A stretch of DNA of 64,000 nucleotides from Lama guanicoe. Taxonomy: Eukaryota. Of this stretch, positions 38,097 through 51,400 are shown one piece after another (within the stretch, counting starts at the first letter, position 1; each line of letters begins with the position of its first letter). The notes below the pieces were generated by a model. It worked only from the letters and a program-made list of their open reading frames with translations. It did not search any database and was not told where the DNA came from. The translations under genes and the position numbers were made by a program. Location: the NCBI GenBank assembly GCA_013239625.1, contig MU053652.1, positions 6,873,902 through 6,937,901 on the forward strand, written 5' to 3'.

Positions 38097-38256
38097 GGGG
38101 GAGGGTATTGCTCAGTGGGAGAGTGCATACATAGCATGCATGAGGTTCTGGGTTGAATCCCAGTACCTCTGTTAAAAAATGAATAAACAAACCTCATTAC
38201 CTCCCCTACTAAAAACAAACAAACAAAAAAAACCCCAACAAAACAAAACCAAAAAA
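38097..38256 (+). mobile_element. tRNA-derived SINE (camelid-type)
   Basis: 'ggggagggtattgctcagtgggagagtgcat...gaggttctgggttgaatcccagtacctc' with Pol III A/B-box-like motifs, A-rich tail, and flanks 'ctataataa' / 'caataataa'. Confidence 0.85.
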
Positions 38257-39764
38257 GGTTACAATAATAATTGTAACTGATAGTTATGGAAAACTCTTCA
38301 TCAAAGGATGAGAATATGCGTGAAGCATTTACAAATTCTGACAGAGATCATGATACCTATCCCTGTAATATACACACATTTCAGATGATATCTTTACAGC
38401 AACCTCCCATTAAAGTGACAGATGCTAAAGCTTGCTTTATTTTAAAAGGTAATTTGAGTAAGGAATACATGTATTTTCTTCAGGTCACAATCAGTGTGTG
38501 GTAGAACTGGGATCATAACCCAGATCTGATCTCCAGGTATTTTATGCATAAAACAAGATACATCCTTGAATATTGTTTGTTGTCCTGAATATTTAATCTG
38601 TTAGAATAAAATAAATATAGGTCAGTATAGGTAAAGTCTTTCCCCCATGAATATCATTAATAAAACTTAACTTATGGACCACCATTACACTATGGCTTTC
38701 TTGATTGGGTAATAAGGAAAATCCTGTACAACACAAGATTTCTCTATCAATCTCAGTGTGGCAGTTTTCTCCATAAAAAGTAGTTTATTGGTTTATGATA
38801 TGATATGGCAATTCTGAGTTTTTGGCAAGGCAAAGAACAAATGTGAACTGAACTCTAGATTTGACTTCTTTGACTTCCTATAAAAATGCCATTACATTTC
38901 AATCTAATTCCCTGCTCCAAAATTCCAAAATCTGTCAACTTATTTAAAAAATAAATAAATTCACAAACAGCCCAGCAAAATAAACTGATCCCTCTAACAG
39001 TTCTCTAACAGTATGAAGATTATGTGTGGGCATTGTTTGAGATCAATTTCTTCTTGAGATCAAAGCAATTTTCATTGTAATCCATTACAAAGAAGCTAGT
39101 CTGAGCCACATTTCATCATCAAGTGCTGTAGCTATGAATGTCATTCCTGACAATGTGTGCATTATAGGTATAATGAAATTTGACTATAATTAAACAGTTT
39201 AGTGTTTGTTAAAGTTGGATTTCACTTTTATCCTTTCAAAAAAAAAATAAAATGCCCATGTAGTTGTTTTTCTGATGATCTATTTGCATTATTTCCTCCT
39301 TTTTTGGCAAGATCCTTATAATCTCTAAAATTCATATTCATTATGCATACAATAATACTGACTTCTGAATGTTTTTAGAAAATATAAATGGGGGGGCATT
39401 CATATGCATATACACACATACAGCGTACCCAAGTCTTCTTCCTTTTCTAAGGTAAATATTATCTTTCTACCTAGGATATTTCTCTCTTACTTTTTGGTCC
39501 TTCCAGTTTATCAGTTTCCCTATTAAACCACAGTATGTAGAATTGAACACAACACTCCACATGCTGTTGATTAGTTCATTGTTTTGGACAATATGCTCTA
39601 TTTATTGAACCCAGATGGCCTGTTGTATTTCCAAGCATTGCTTCCATGCTTAGCAATCAATGCTCCTTTTTATCATTGATGTTCTGAAAGTCTATAATGC
39701 TCTGCTTAGGATTATTTTCTCATTTATTGTGCTGCAGGTCAGGAACCCTGTTGATGTGAAAAAT

Positions 39765-40490
39765 AATTTGTCAGTTTCTTAAAATAACTAAACTTACAAC
39801 TACCATATGACCCAGCAACTGCACTCCTGGGCATACATCCCAGAGAAATGAGAACTTGGGTCCACACAGAAATTAATACACAATTGTTCACAGCAGCTGT
39901 GCCTGTAAGTCAAAAACAGTTATAATCAACCCAGATATCCTTCAGGTGAATGGTTTTAAAAGCTGTTTTTTTTAATTCAGAAAAGGGTGAATTGTTTTTG
40001 ACTTTTTGTTTGTTTTAATGAGTTGAATTTTAAAAAATGGTCATGTGTATATACCATGGAATATACTCCTCAGCAATAAAAAAGAATGGACTATTGATAC
40101 ATACAACCTGGATGAACCTCCAGAGAATTACACTGAGTGAAAAAAGCCAATCAAAAAGGTTACATATATACGATTTTATTTATATAACATTCTTTTAGTG
40201 AAAAAGTTTAGAAATGGTGAGCTGATTGATGTTTTCTAGAGTTTAAGTATGGGGAAGAGTGTAGGGACAGGGAGGAAAGTGGGCGTGTAAACTGGGGGTG
40301 ACAGACATGTTCTGTATCTTGAATGGATCAGTATCAGTATCTTGCTGTGAGACACTGCACTATAATTTTGCCATAGGTCATCTTTGGGACCATTGGGCAA
40401 GGGATACATGGGCTCTCTTTGTATTATTTCTTACAACTATTTGTAAACTACAATTATCTCAAAATTACAAGTTTAATTTAAAAAAAGGAA
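39765..40490 (+). mobile_element. L1MC-type 3' end
   Basis: 'ccatatgacccagcaactgcactcctgggcat...ggtccacacagaa...ctctttgtattatttcttacaactatttgtaaactacaattatctcaaaattacaagtttaatttaaaaaaa'. Confidence 0.85.
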
Positions 40491-40900
40491 GGACATGTAG
40501 ATTAAGAAAACTCCCTGAAGCCTGGAGAGATAGATGAAACAATTACTGGCAATCAAACATCGGGCCAGAATAATTTCTGTTCCTTTCAGCCAGAGTGTGA
40601 AAACGTGGGGCTTAGATAGAGTACTGAGTGTTTTACATCACTCGGGAGACAAAATTATCACTAAACTAAATGCTAACAAAGCTTAAAATCAAGACACAAA
40701 ATTATCAAACTGTTCCCAAAAAACTTAACTGCCTCCCAGAACAAAGCTCAAAGATATTTTTAGGAATGCAAAATATCGAGCACCCAAAAAGCTAAAATAT
40801 CTTGCATTCAATAAAAATCACCAGGCCTTAACTTCTTCTATGCTTTCTGCTTTTTGTCTTCCTGGAATTTTTTGATATTTTTAAATCACTGATGACATTC

Positions 40901-40952
<52 letters not shown>
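40901..40952. repeat. (TCTA)n microsatellite
   Basis: Directly visible, ~13 units. Confidence 0.95.
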
Positions 40953-40953
<1 letters not shown>

Positions 40954-42279
40954 TTATTTATTTATGTCCAGTCTTGCTTTAATGAGATTTTTCTATTCAG
41001 ATTTTCCTATTGAAGTAGGAAAATTTTACATTCTCTTGTACTTGTAGGGAACAATATACATAGCTATGTCTTTAGAAAGTCTTGTTCAAGCTTCTAGTGA
41101 ACATTCTTCTTGTTCTCTTTTCAGTGACTCGTCAGGTAGAAATGTTAATTCACATTCAAACATGCATATGTATATGCAGACATGAGCATTTACTGGGAAA
41201 AAAATGTTTAGATAGTTTACAATTTTCCTGACCATATTTAAATTATTTTTGGAAAAAAATGCAAATAATACTTTTTGGCTTTATTTGTCTTTGAAATATT
41301 ATTAAAGTATTAAACTAATTAATGGATTTGTTTATAACTTGATAAAATACTATTAAAATATTAAACAGTTAATAAAGTTCATAACAGGATTTAATGACAT
41401 CTCTACTAAAATGCTCCTTCCTTGTTGATAATAGATAATTGTACACATTTTTGGCATGTTTACTCCATTAGTTTGAAAGGCACCAGATTATACTAATGTC
41501 CAGCACATATGTTAATTTTGCTTACAAGGATAGCATGAAATTTTTGTTAAATGCCTCAGTAATGTCCAAAAACACAATTTCATTGTCACATGTTGGATAA
41601 CATTACTGAAAAGAAAAAGATAAATGTGAAGTGAGTTGATCTTAGAGTATTTATTTATATATAACTCTAATAATTGGGGCACCCTGGACAGGTGGGGTAC
41701 TTTGAAGGTCTTCATCACACTACTCCAACCCCACATTTTATTTCAGCAGCACACGTTTGTAATTATATTTTAAACTAGAAATAAAGCTTTTTTTCTTGCT
41801 GCATTTGAAATAGCTACAGCAGAATCTAATTTTCAATTTTTCTAACATTAGGGTAATTGTGGTAAATGGAAAAACACCAGAATGCACAATGCAAGAAAAT
41901 AATTTCCTACAACATAAACTAAGGTGATAATAATGCAACTGAAAAACTTGTACTATCTGTACAAAGCATGAGACATAACAACATTCTCCTGCCAGAAAGG
42001 CAAACTCTCCTGGACGTTAAGTTTTCATGAAGGCATCATAGTATGAAGGAAATCACCCAGTAAGGGTGAGGACCATCAGATTCTATGGGAAGTTCCCTTT
42101 ACCAACTTCACAAAGGTGTGTTTTTAGCCTAGTAATACCTTCCCACTGTTCTGGAGATCTAGAAACGTGCCTTGTGCCTTTCTGCGTGAGGAACTGGTTA
42201 CAACCACAGAGCTTAGGTAACTGAGTACTGTAAAGATATATTCAGGATCAATTCAAAAGTTCTTTCTTCTTTCTCTACA

Positions 42280-42800
42280 CTCTCCATGTGATATTTCCAA
42301 AATGAATTTCTAGCCAAGCCCGGTCTTCAGAGTTGCAAACTCTGCAGGTCAAATTTGCCTACTTAAGATTTCTTCTTGGGAGTCGCACAATTGTATGTAT
42401 TTTAAGTGTCCTAGAAAATAATTTTCCATCCCTCTAAAGCTTAGTCTTTCACATATCAACAAAAGCAACATCATTCTCACCCAATTGTTTAAGTTGTCAA
42501 CTCTAGAATCCTGTCTATATTCATCTTCTTCTCTAACTGTATGTGTGACCAATTTCTCTCCATTTCTCTCCCTTAATCCCAGTCCAGCTCGCATTATCAC
42601 TTACCTAGAACATGGCAACAATATCATCACTCACCTCTCATTTTCTACTCACATTGCCCTCAGAAGTATTACCCATACTGCGGCAAGAATATTATTCTTA
42701 AAAACTTTACATCAATCTATTCTTTATAACCCTTTAAAAAATAATCCAAGTTTTCTGATTGTCTTTAGGAAAAAATTCTCATACTTTATCTTTCCTAAAT
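42280..42800 (+). mobile_element. L2 fragment
   Basis: 'atttctagccaagccc...atttgcctacttaagatttcttcttgg...catcattctcacccaattg...cccatactgcggcaagaatattattcttaaaa'. Confidence 0.6.
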
Positions 42801-44276
42801 TACCTCTGTTATCTGTTTCTTCCTACTGCATCTGATATCATTCAGCAGCCAGAATGATATATTTTCAAATCTAAGAAAGACTGTTCTTGTTTAAAATCCT
42901 TATTCTTCTCTTTAATATAGTTTCCTCTGCAGCACAGTACTTATAATATTTTGTTAGATGAAAGAACAAACCTATCATAATTGTTGAGGTGATTAAACAA
43001 AATGAAATAAATATATTACTTAGCATGGTGCTCTTGGCGTACAGCAATGACCAACTTTTGCTAGCAATTTTATGTATCATATTATTATAACTTCTATGAC
43101 TCTCTTCTTTCTGTAAATAGGGACATATAAGTTGTTATACTTGCCCTCATAAAGATGGAAGTCAATGGTACTTGATATGTTTTAAATAAATGGTAATCTA
43201 CAGAGAATAAATGTTCTTTTAATTTATGAAAAAGTAAATTAATAGATGTAGCATCTTAATCTCTTATTCTATATTACAGAAAGTTGACATATTAGAGGAG
43301 ATTTAAGGGGAAATCTCAAAGACTACACAAGCAAAACACACTAACAGCCTTTCTTTTCATTGTTTCCTAAATAGAGGGGTGGAGAGCATTGATATAAAAA
43401 TCAAATTAGACAGAAGTTCACAGGATTCTGAATGTGTTCACATGCCAAATGTTAACCCTGGCAGTATCCATCATCAGCTATCAAACAAGAAGCAGGTATA
43501 GAACAATGCACAGTGATCAAAGGGTGAGACAGAAAGAAGATATCCTGAGAGAATTTATGATAATTAGGGATGCCTAAAAATCACTTCTCATAATTATTAA
43601 ATACTTTCAGATAACTTTAGTCTTTTCTCTCTATCTTCAGTCTGCTCTGGAACCAACTGGAATAAAGCTAAATGAGAAACAGAGTAAAAATTATATATCT
43701 TTAATGGACTAGCAAACAAGTGGAACCCTGTGCACAATGTGAAAGGATACCCAAGGGTACTGGGTGAAAGGGACCACCACAGAGGACACAGAACTAGAAG
43801 ATCTTTCAGATCAGGTCGATCAAAAGGCCTCCAGAGCAGGGGCAAAAATAAAGATTTCATGCTTGGAATTCCAAGGTTATGCTGCATGAACTTGCTATGA
43901 CAGCCTCCTTGCAACTTGTTTAGTAGTACTGAGAGACAGGGGCTGGCTGACAGTATCTGTGTAAACAAACGAACAAATTTCTTATGCAAAAAGCAGATTG
44001 CTGGGGTGGCAAGGGGAAAAAGAAACCGAGTAGCAAAATGCCCTGGACCTGCCAATCTTTGTCATCCAACAAGCATTAATGGCTAAATCATACTAGAAAA
44101 AAAGTCTACACACAAACATGCAGTCATGCACACACACACGTAAATGAACTGCTCCAGCTGTTACGGCTTCATCGTGAACTAGCAAGATTTCCTACTTACA
44201 AGGAGCAGCAGAGCCACGTCTAAGCATAGGGACTGGTGAGGATACATTTGAATTAAAGCTCTAAAAATTACCCACT

Positions 44277-44466
44277 GACTGTGGTTTTCAGTATTAGCTA
44301 CATGTTAGCATCACCAGGAATTGGATAAATAATGATTTGCAAGCTTCAGCCTAGACAATCAGAACTTTAGGGGGTGACATCCAGATATCATTATATTTTA
44401 AAAGGCACTCTCTCCCATCCCACCCTTGAAAATTCTAATGTGAAGCCAGACTTACAAATTGTGCTA
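44277..44466. mobile_element. MER5-like hAT MITE
   Basis: 'ctgtggttttca...catgttagcatcaccaggaa...aatcagaactttagggggtgacatccag...attctaatgtgaagccagacttacaaattgtgcta'. Confidence 0.55.
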
Positions 44467-44787
44467 AAAGAAATACAAGAAACAATAGGGCCATCAAAAA
44501 CTTGAGGCAGGATGGGAAGGAAGAAGAAATAGAAATTGTTAATTCTTTATATGTTTTATCATTCACACCAAATAATCAATATGTAGCAATATATAAAAGC
44601 TGATACAACATATAAATTAATAAATATAATGATAAAAAACTAAGTACCAACTGTAAGTCCCCTAAATGGTCAGAAGGGAAACACATACAAGAAAAACAAG
44701 ACAAAGACAATGCAAATCAAAGATAGATTTTAAAGGGAGATTCAAAAAAAAAAAAAAGGAAGAAGAAATAGAAATTGTTAATTCTTT

Positions 44788-45007
44788 TTTTTTTCTTTTT
44801 TTTTTCTTTAACATTTTCATTGATTCATAATCATTCCACAGTGCTGTGCCAAATTCCAGTGCTCAGCACAATCCCCCAGTCATACATGGACATCCACACA
44901 CTCACCGCCACACCCCTTTCTCTGTGATCCATCACAACATTCTGTGTACATTTCCCCGTGCTACACAGTACAATCCTGTCCATCAGCTCCACAACCTTGA
45001 AATCCCA
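44788..45007 (-). mobile_element. Young L1 3' end, heavily T-to-C (sense A-to-G) substituted
   Basis: Poly-T, then ungapped homology to 12440-12629 with about 29 T-to-C differences. Confidence 0.9.
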
Positions 45008-45053
45008 AAAGCCAAGCACATCAGGCCAAGAATATACACACGTGCGCATGCAG

Positions 45054-45060
<7 letters not shown>

Positions 45061-45100
<40 letters not shown>
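45061..45100. repeat. (CA)n microsatellite
   Basis: Directly visible, 20 units. Confidence 0.95.
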
Positions 45101-45108
<8 letters not shown>

Positions 45109-45109
45109 T

Positions 45110-46260
45110 ATGTGTTTGAAATCAGCAGTTCAAAGGGAAACAAAACAAATATTTGTTAAATGAGAGACATAGTTAAAACTGAAACAAGACGTCTGGAAGT
45201 TAAAGTATGGTTAAAGATACATCCAGAAAATGCAAACAAAAAACAAGAAATACAATCTTGTAACAGTTTGAACTTGAGGAGGAAAAACAAACGTTTCCCA
45301 GGACAAAGAATGGGACTCTCAAAATAAAGGAAATCGCGAAAATCTTATCAAAGATCTCAATGCCAGTATTAATAAAAATAAATCCAAAGCAACTAAGAAA
45401 AATCTAAAAGTTGAGATAGAATAATGATATTTGTAATGAGGAGACTTTAAAATCAAATAGTACAGCTTCAGTATTCATAAATAAAAACTACAAGAAATAC
45501 AAGGAGGAACACAGAAACAAAGATTAAATAGAAGACACTAATTTATTTCCATCAGCACCAAAAAGCAAATAGAAAGATACAGGTAAATATAAAAGAAATC
45601 AGATTAGTTTTTTAGAATTCAGACTATAAAAATAGAAAGCAGATTTTCTTTTTGGGGTACAAAAACATCTTAATTACTATAACATAAACAAAATGAAAAT
45701 ATTTTATAAAACATAAAATTGTATATTCTGATCACAATTCAGTAAAACTAGAAATTCATAATAAAATAGAAACAAAACAATTGACAATTCAGAAATAGCC
45801 TTAAAATATTTAAATAAAATAAATCAAAACCATAATTTCAGATTTTCTAGAAATACTGATACTGAAAATATGTATTAGAATCAATGGAATGCACTCTGGG
45901 AAAAATGTATAGCTTTAAATATTTACAATGCAAATTGAGAAGAGATTCAAACTTATTGACCATTAAACCCAACAAGTTAGAAAAAGTACAGAAAAATAAA
46001 ACAAGGAAAGTTGAAGGAAGAAGCTAAATCATATAAGAGCTGAAATTAATGGACTAGAAAATAGAAGATAAGAACTAATAAATAAATTAATGATGTGGCT
46101 CTCTGAAAATGCAAATGGGAAAAAAATAAAACAGATAAACCACTAGCTAAGCTAATTCAGTGGAAATAAAGAAGAAAACAAAGGAGAATGGAAAAATACA
46201 TCTACAGAGTAAAAAATCGTGAGAATAGAATAAAATAGAAATAAAATTTAAACCATGGCA
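45110..46260 (+). mobile_element. Very old L1 ORF2 (endonuclease region) fragment
   Basis: A-rich; 'gagactttaa', 'ttctgatcacaattcagtaaaactagaaatt', 'gaaaaatgtatagctttaaat', 'acagataaaccactagctaagctaatt'. Confidence 0.75.
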
Positions 46261-46639
46261 TGAGTGAAACTACCAACATAAAAGGAAGAAATAACTTCAA
46301 TACAATTAAGTGCATTTCAAAGAGTAGAATGAGAATAAAGTACTCAAAGTCTTTTTGCAAAGGTAGCCTAATGTTATTAGCAAAATCTAGTAAAGACAGA
46401 AACTACATTATATAGATTTTTTTCATTGTAAGAACATATCAAATATAGGTACAATATGAATAACAATGGGTTAATTTTTATAGTCAAGGGGCTATTATGA
46501 ACCTCTAAGTAAATACTAATATGATATCTTCTAACAATCCTGTGAGATGAATTGCCTAGTGGTACTGACATACTAATTAGATATTAGCAAACAGGTATCT
46601 AAAAGGCTTATAATACTTTACCTAGAGTGTATGCTTCTT

Positions 46640-47530
46640 TGCACATCTTTGTGTATAGCTTTGTGCATTTTTATCATGTTTAGACTGATATACCCACCAT
46701 CCTACTCAAGATACAGAACTGTTCTGTCACCACAAATGAAATCCCTGGAGATACCATTTCAAAGTCACATCTCTTTCTTCCCTAACCACTGATCTGTTCT
46801 CTATTTCTTTAACTCTGTCATTTCAAGAATGATGTATAAACTGAAACATAAAGTATATAACATTTTGAGATTGGCTTTTTTTTTTTTCCTCACTCAACAT
46901 AATGCCCTGAGATCCATCCAATTGTTACATGTATCAATAGTTTGCTCCTTCCTTCTTTTTTTTTGTTTTCTTTCTTTCTTTCTTTCTTTTTTTCCCCCCA
47001 GCTGAACAGAATTCTGTTGCAGGGACATACTACAGTTTATTTAACCATTTACTCACTGAAGGACATCTGGGCTGTTTCCAGATTTGAGTTATCACAAAAA
47101 GCTGCAATGAACATTGTATAATAGTGGTTTCTTTAGCTTTGTTAAGCTATAATTGATACGCAAAAAAACTGCATAAATTTAATGTTCACAATTTGACAAA
47201 TTTGGATATATGCAGACAGCATGACTCCTTTACAACAATTGAGGTAATAAACATATCCATCTATATGAATAGCCTTTGGGGTTATTTTGCTTATTTGGTT
47301 TTTTTGTTTGGTTGGTTTTTTTGTTTGTTTGTTTTGGTGGTGGTGATGGTGTTTTTATTTTGGGGGTTTTTTTGGGCAGGTTTTGGCGGAAGGACACTTA
47401 AGAGCTACTCTTTTAACAAATTTGTAACTGCACAATACTGTATTGTTAACTACAAGCATGATGTTATACAGCAGATCTCTAGAACTTACTCATCTTGTAT
47501 AAATTTATACCCACTGAACAACAATTTTAC
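46640..47530 (-). mobile_element. Two L1 3'-end fragments (L1MB-like 46640-47115; L1MA-like 47130-47530)
   Basis: 'ccctaaccactgatctgttctctattt...gaaggacatctgggctgtttccag' and 'gcagatctctagaacttactcatcttgtata'. Confidence 0.75.
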
Positions 47531-47699
47531 ATCAACAGATTTGATTAACTGTCCTATTAGTCTATGAATTTATGTGCAGATACTCTTGAAGAACACTGGC
47601 TAGTTATTTTGTACAATGTATCTCATTGTGTTGGTATGTTTTCTTATAAGGAAGTTTCTATTTCAATTTTTGAGTTTTATCATAAATTGAAGTTAATTC

Positions 47700-50600
47700 A
47701 TGAAATATATATCAGCACATCAATGACTGTATGCTTTTCCCCTTCATCTGTTAATGTGTTATTTTAATTTCTAGATTTCTAATATTTAAATGTTACAAAA
47801 TTCATAGAATAAACTCAATTTGTCACTGAATATATTTTTGCATTTATTTACTTGTGAGAGTTATCTGCAATGTTCTTGTCTCGTATGATACATTTCTCTT
47901 TTGGTATCATGTCATACCTCACAACATACATTGTTTTTTTCCCTGGAAGTTTATGAAGATTATAATTCCTAAAATTGTTTATAAAATTGTTTCTAAAACT
48001 TCTTACGATGGCTTGTTTGTTTGTATATGTGTGTGTTTTATGTTACATTTTCACTTGCTGACTGACTGTGTAGGTCTATGCATGCTTTCTATTTCTTCTT
48101 GACTCAATTTAAATGTTCTATTTTCCCAAGAAATGTTCATCTCATCAAAAATCTTAAATTTAAAACATCAAGTAGTTATACCATTATGACATTTGATCTT
48201 TGATATATCTGAGTCTGCCTTTTATGTTCTGTTAATTTCCATCTTTAGCTATGATTTTTTTTTTTTAACCATTCAGGGGCTTATTCTGCTTTTCTTTTAC
48301 AACATTGTATGAAAGACATCAGTGACTAAGATCATAGTCTTTGCAACTAGCCTACTTCTTTGAACTCTCACTTTGAATTTACCAAGTTCTGTGTGCTTGT
48401 GCATAATACATAATCTCTATACTTCAGATTTTTTTATCTGCAAAATGAGATTATTAAGAATATTTGCCTCACACTGTAGTTTGAAAATTGAAAAAGCAGA
48501 AACTTTAGAATTGTTTGTTGTTATACTATATGTTAAAAATTATTTAAAATATTATATTTTAAAATTTTGAATGCTTAGCATTTTAAAATTTAATCATTAT
48601 TAGTTTAATATGGTCATTTACAATTATGAAAATTCCACTAAGTATTAGTTTACCTGCATCCACATATTTTGAGATGTAACATGTTTATTTTTGCTTTAAT
48701 TTTGGATTTTGTGATTTCTACTATTATTGTATGATTGGTTCTTGAGTTATTTAGCAGTGTTTATTTCTTAACATACTAATATGTTACATTTTTTGCTCTT
48801 TTTTGTCCTTAATTTATATCTAAATTTTACTATTTTCAGAAACGGAAGTTAATATGATCTCAGGTTCTTTGAAAAGTGTTTAAACTGGTTCTATGGACCA
48901 CCACATGCCAGTGTATGTAAATATTCTGCGTGTTCTTCAAAGGAATGCATATAACCTAGCTTCTCCTTATAAGGTTCTATATAAGTTCATTAAGTGAAGC
49001 TTATTTGTAATATTGTTCAAATATATTATGTCCTTTGTCATTTTGTGGCTTGTGAAAAAACACCTGACTATGATTATAGGTTTGTCAATTTTTCCTTAAA
49101 TTCCATCAATGTTTCTGGTATATATTTTGAAGTTACAGCAGTATGTAAGGTTAGAACCACTATACCTTTCATGTGAACTTTCCTCCTAGCATTATTTAGT
49201 GAAACTCTGTTCTTTATTACTTTGTTACTTTCATATTTACAATAGCCTTAATTCTGGGGTGACTTCTATAAGCAACACATCTAGATTTTTCAAGTCAATT
49301 CTGATAAATTTTATCTTAAAACACTCACGTTTGTACTCTTACACTTATTATGATTACTAATAAATTTGAATTTATCTTTAGCATCTTATTCTGTGCTTTC
49401 TATTTATCCTGGTTTTTTTTTCTTTTTCTCTTTTGATCCTTTCTTGCCTTATTTTAAATTGAGTGAGCTCTTTTTATCATTGTTCTCTTTTTTTTCCTTT
49501 TCCAAGTTTGGAAAGTATAAGATTTAGAACTACTCTTTTAATAGTTACCTCTAAAATTTTAACATACATGTTTAATTTAATTGAGTCTAAAGTTTATATA
49601 CATTTATATGCATATGTATATAATTTAATCCTTTTACCAAGACAGAAGAAACTTAGAACTCAGAACACTCTTCTCATTTTATATTGTTGTATATTATTTT
49701 AGTTCTACTTTGTTGTATACCTTCCATATTAGTTAACAGTACTGTTTTTGTTATTAATATATAGTATTAAAATTTGCTTTTATTTATCTACACATTAACA
49801 ATTGTGTCTGCTCTCTGTTACATCTCGTATAATAGTGCTTCCTTCTGAATTAAATATCCTTTTTCCAGAAGCACATATTTTACAAATTCTTCCTGTGAGT
49901 GACTGTTGAAGGAAAAGTCCCTCATGTTCTTTGTTTGAAAAAAAAAAAGAATCTTTATTTCATATACATTATTAAACTATAGCTCACCGGGTTTAAAATT
50001 CTATCTTGATACATATGTACTTCTGGTATTTCAGAGACATTTTCCCACTGTATTCTGGCCGTTACTAAAACATCTGTTCTAATTGATACTCCTTTCTGTG
50101 TGTCCTGTATTTTCCTGCCTCTGATTGGTTTCAGCATTTTATCTTTGTCTTTTGAGTTCTGCTTTTTCATGACAGTGTTTCTGACTGCAGGCCTACGGTT
50201 ATTCAACTTCTCTGAGTTTCATTATGTTTTCCATAATTGAGGATCTACATACCCTTTCAGCTCTGAAAAACTTAGGTGTTGCTTTTCTGCCAACAAAGAT
50301 ACTGTTTTCCTCTGCAACTCTAATTAGAACTCTGAGGACCATATTCTAATCTCCATGAATCTCAATCTTTCCATATTTTTCCATCATAATTTCTCTCTGT
50401 GCACATCCATAAGCAATTTATTCAGATGTATCTCTTATTTACTAAATCTCTCTCTATAACTAATCTGTTAAAAGATCTGACTTTTTTAACTTTGATTAAA
50501 ATATTTTTCACTTCTCTTTGGTTCTTTTCTAATCTTTTTTTGTCTTTTAAAATGTAATACCTTGTTTTTGATATTTCCTATTCACTTTTCATTTCTTTAA

Positions 50601-51400
50601 ATATTTTTATATTCTCTAATTTTTATTCTATTATTTGAAATTATTGAAAGTCTCATTCCTCTAGCATAATGTCACTTATGTCCTTATATGTTTCAAGTCT
50701 GGATTTTTGACCTTATATTTAATAATGACTTATTTGTGCATATCTTTGTGGGGCTAAGTGTGTTGTCTTTCTAACCCTAGCATAATGTCACTTATGTCCT
50801 TACATGTTTCAAGTCTGGATTTTTGACCTTATATTTAATAATGACTTATTTGTGCATATCTTTGTGGGGCTAAATCAAGGGTTTTTTTTTTTTTCCAGTA
50901 GACATAATTTACATTTGCTTCTCTCACACACACAATGGGTCTCCTAACTCTTAGGCCACTATAGACTAACAACTTGGCTGACAGTTTTCCAGACAACACA
51001 GGGAGTATAAATTTGAATGCCAAATCCGTGTGAAGGAAGGTCTATGGTTCTCAGTTTTCAAGAAAGATGATTTTAAAATCTAGCTTTAAAAAAAACAAAA
51101 CACAAACACTTCTCCGATTTATCATTTCACTTGTGGGAAGAACTTCATTGACTATGTAAATCTTTTAATGTCCTTAATATATGTGAGAACATGTTAATGG
51201 TAACTTTCTGCTCTCTATAGTCTAATTCTTGTCTCTGCTCCCAGACTAGCAACTAAAACACCACCAAAGCTATTGGTTCTCCAAACAACAAAATGCCTTC
51301 AGAATGACCACTACATCATTGCTGCTACCACAAGTCTCTTTTTGGGGACCTAGAGAATTTTTCTTAACTTATTTTGAGCAAATTAATGCATTTAACATGA
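47700..51400 (-). mobile_element. Very old L1 body (ORF2 5' part and ORF1), antisense, with MIR at ~48320-48500
   Basis: T-rich antisense L1 text; the minus ORF at 49955-50206 ('SKDKDKMLK...IRTD...TARIQWENVSEI...YQDRILNP') is ORF1p-like. Confidence 0.7.
50661..50873 (+). repeat. Local direct duplication, 97-bp unit x2 with 19-bp spacer
   Basis: 50661-50757 and 50777-50873 differ at one position (tatatg / tacatg). Confidence 0.95.

Noticed and set aside
38097..38170. tRNA gene
   Set aside because: Degenerate boxes plus a tRNA-unrelated tail, A-rich end and flanking repeat indicate a SINE.
44810..45007. APOBEC3 editing or CpG decay as the cause of the T/C differences
   Set aside because: Either would require the C-rich copy to be ancestral, but the other copies mostly share T and most sites are not CpG.
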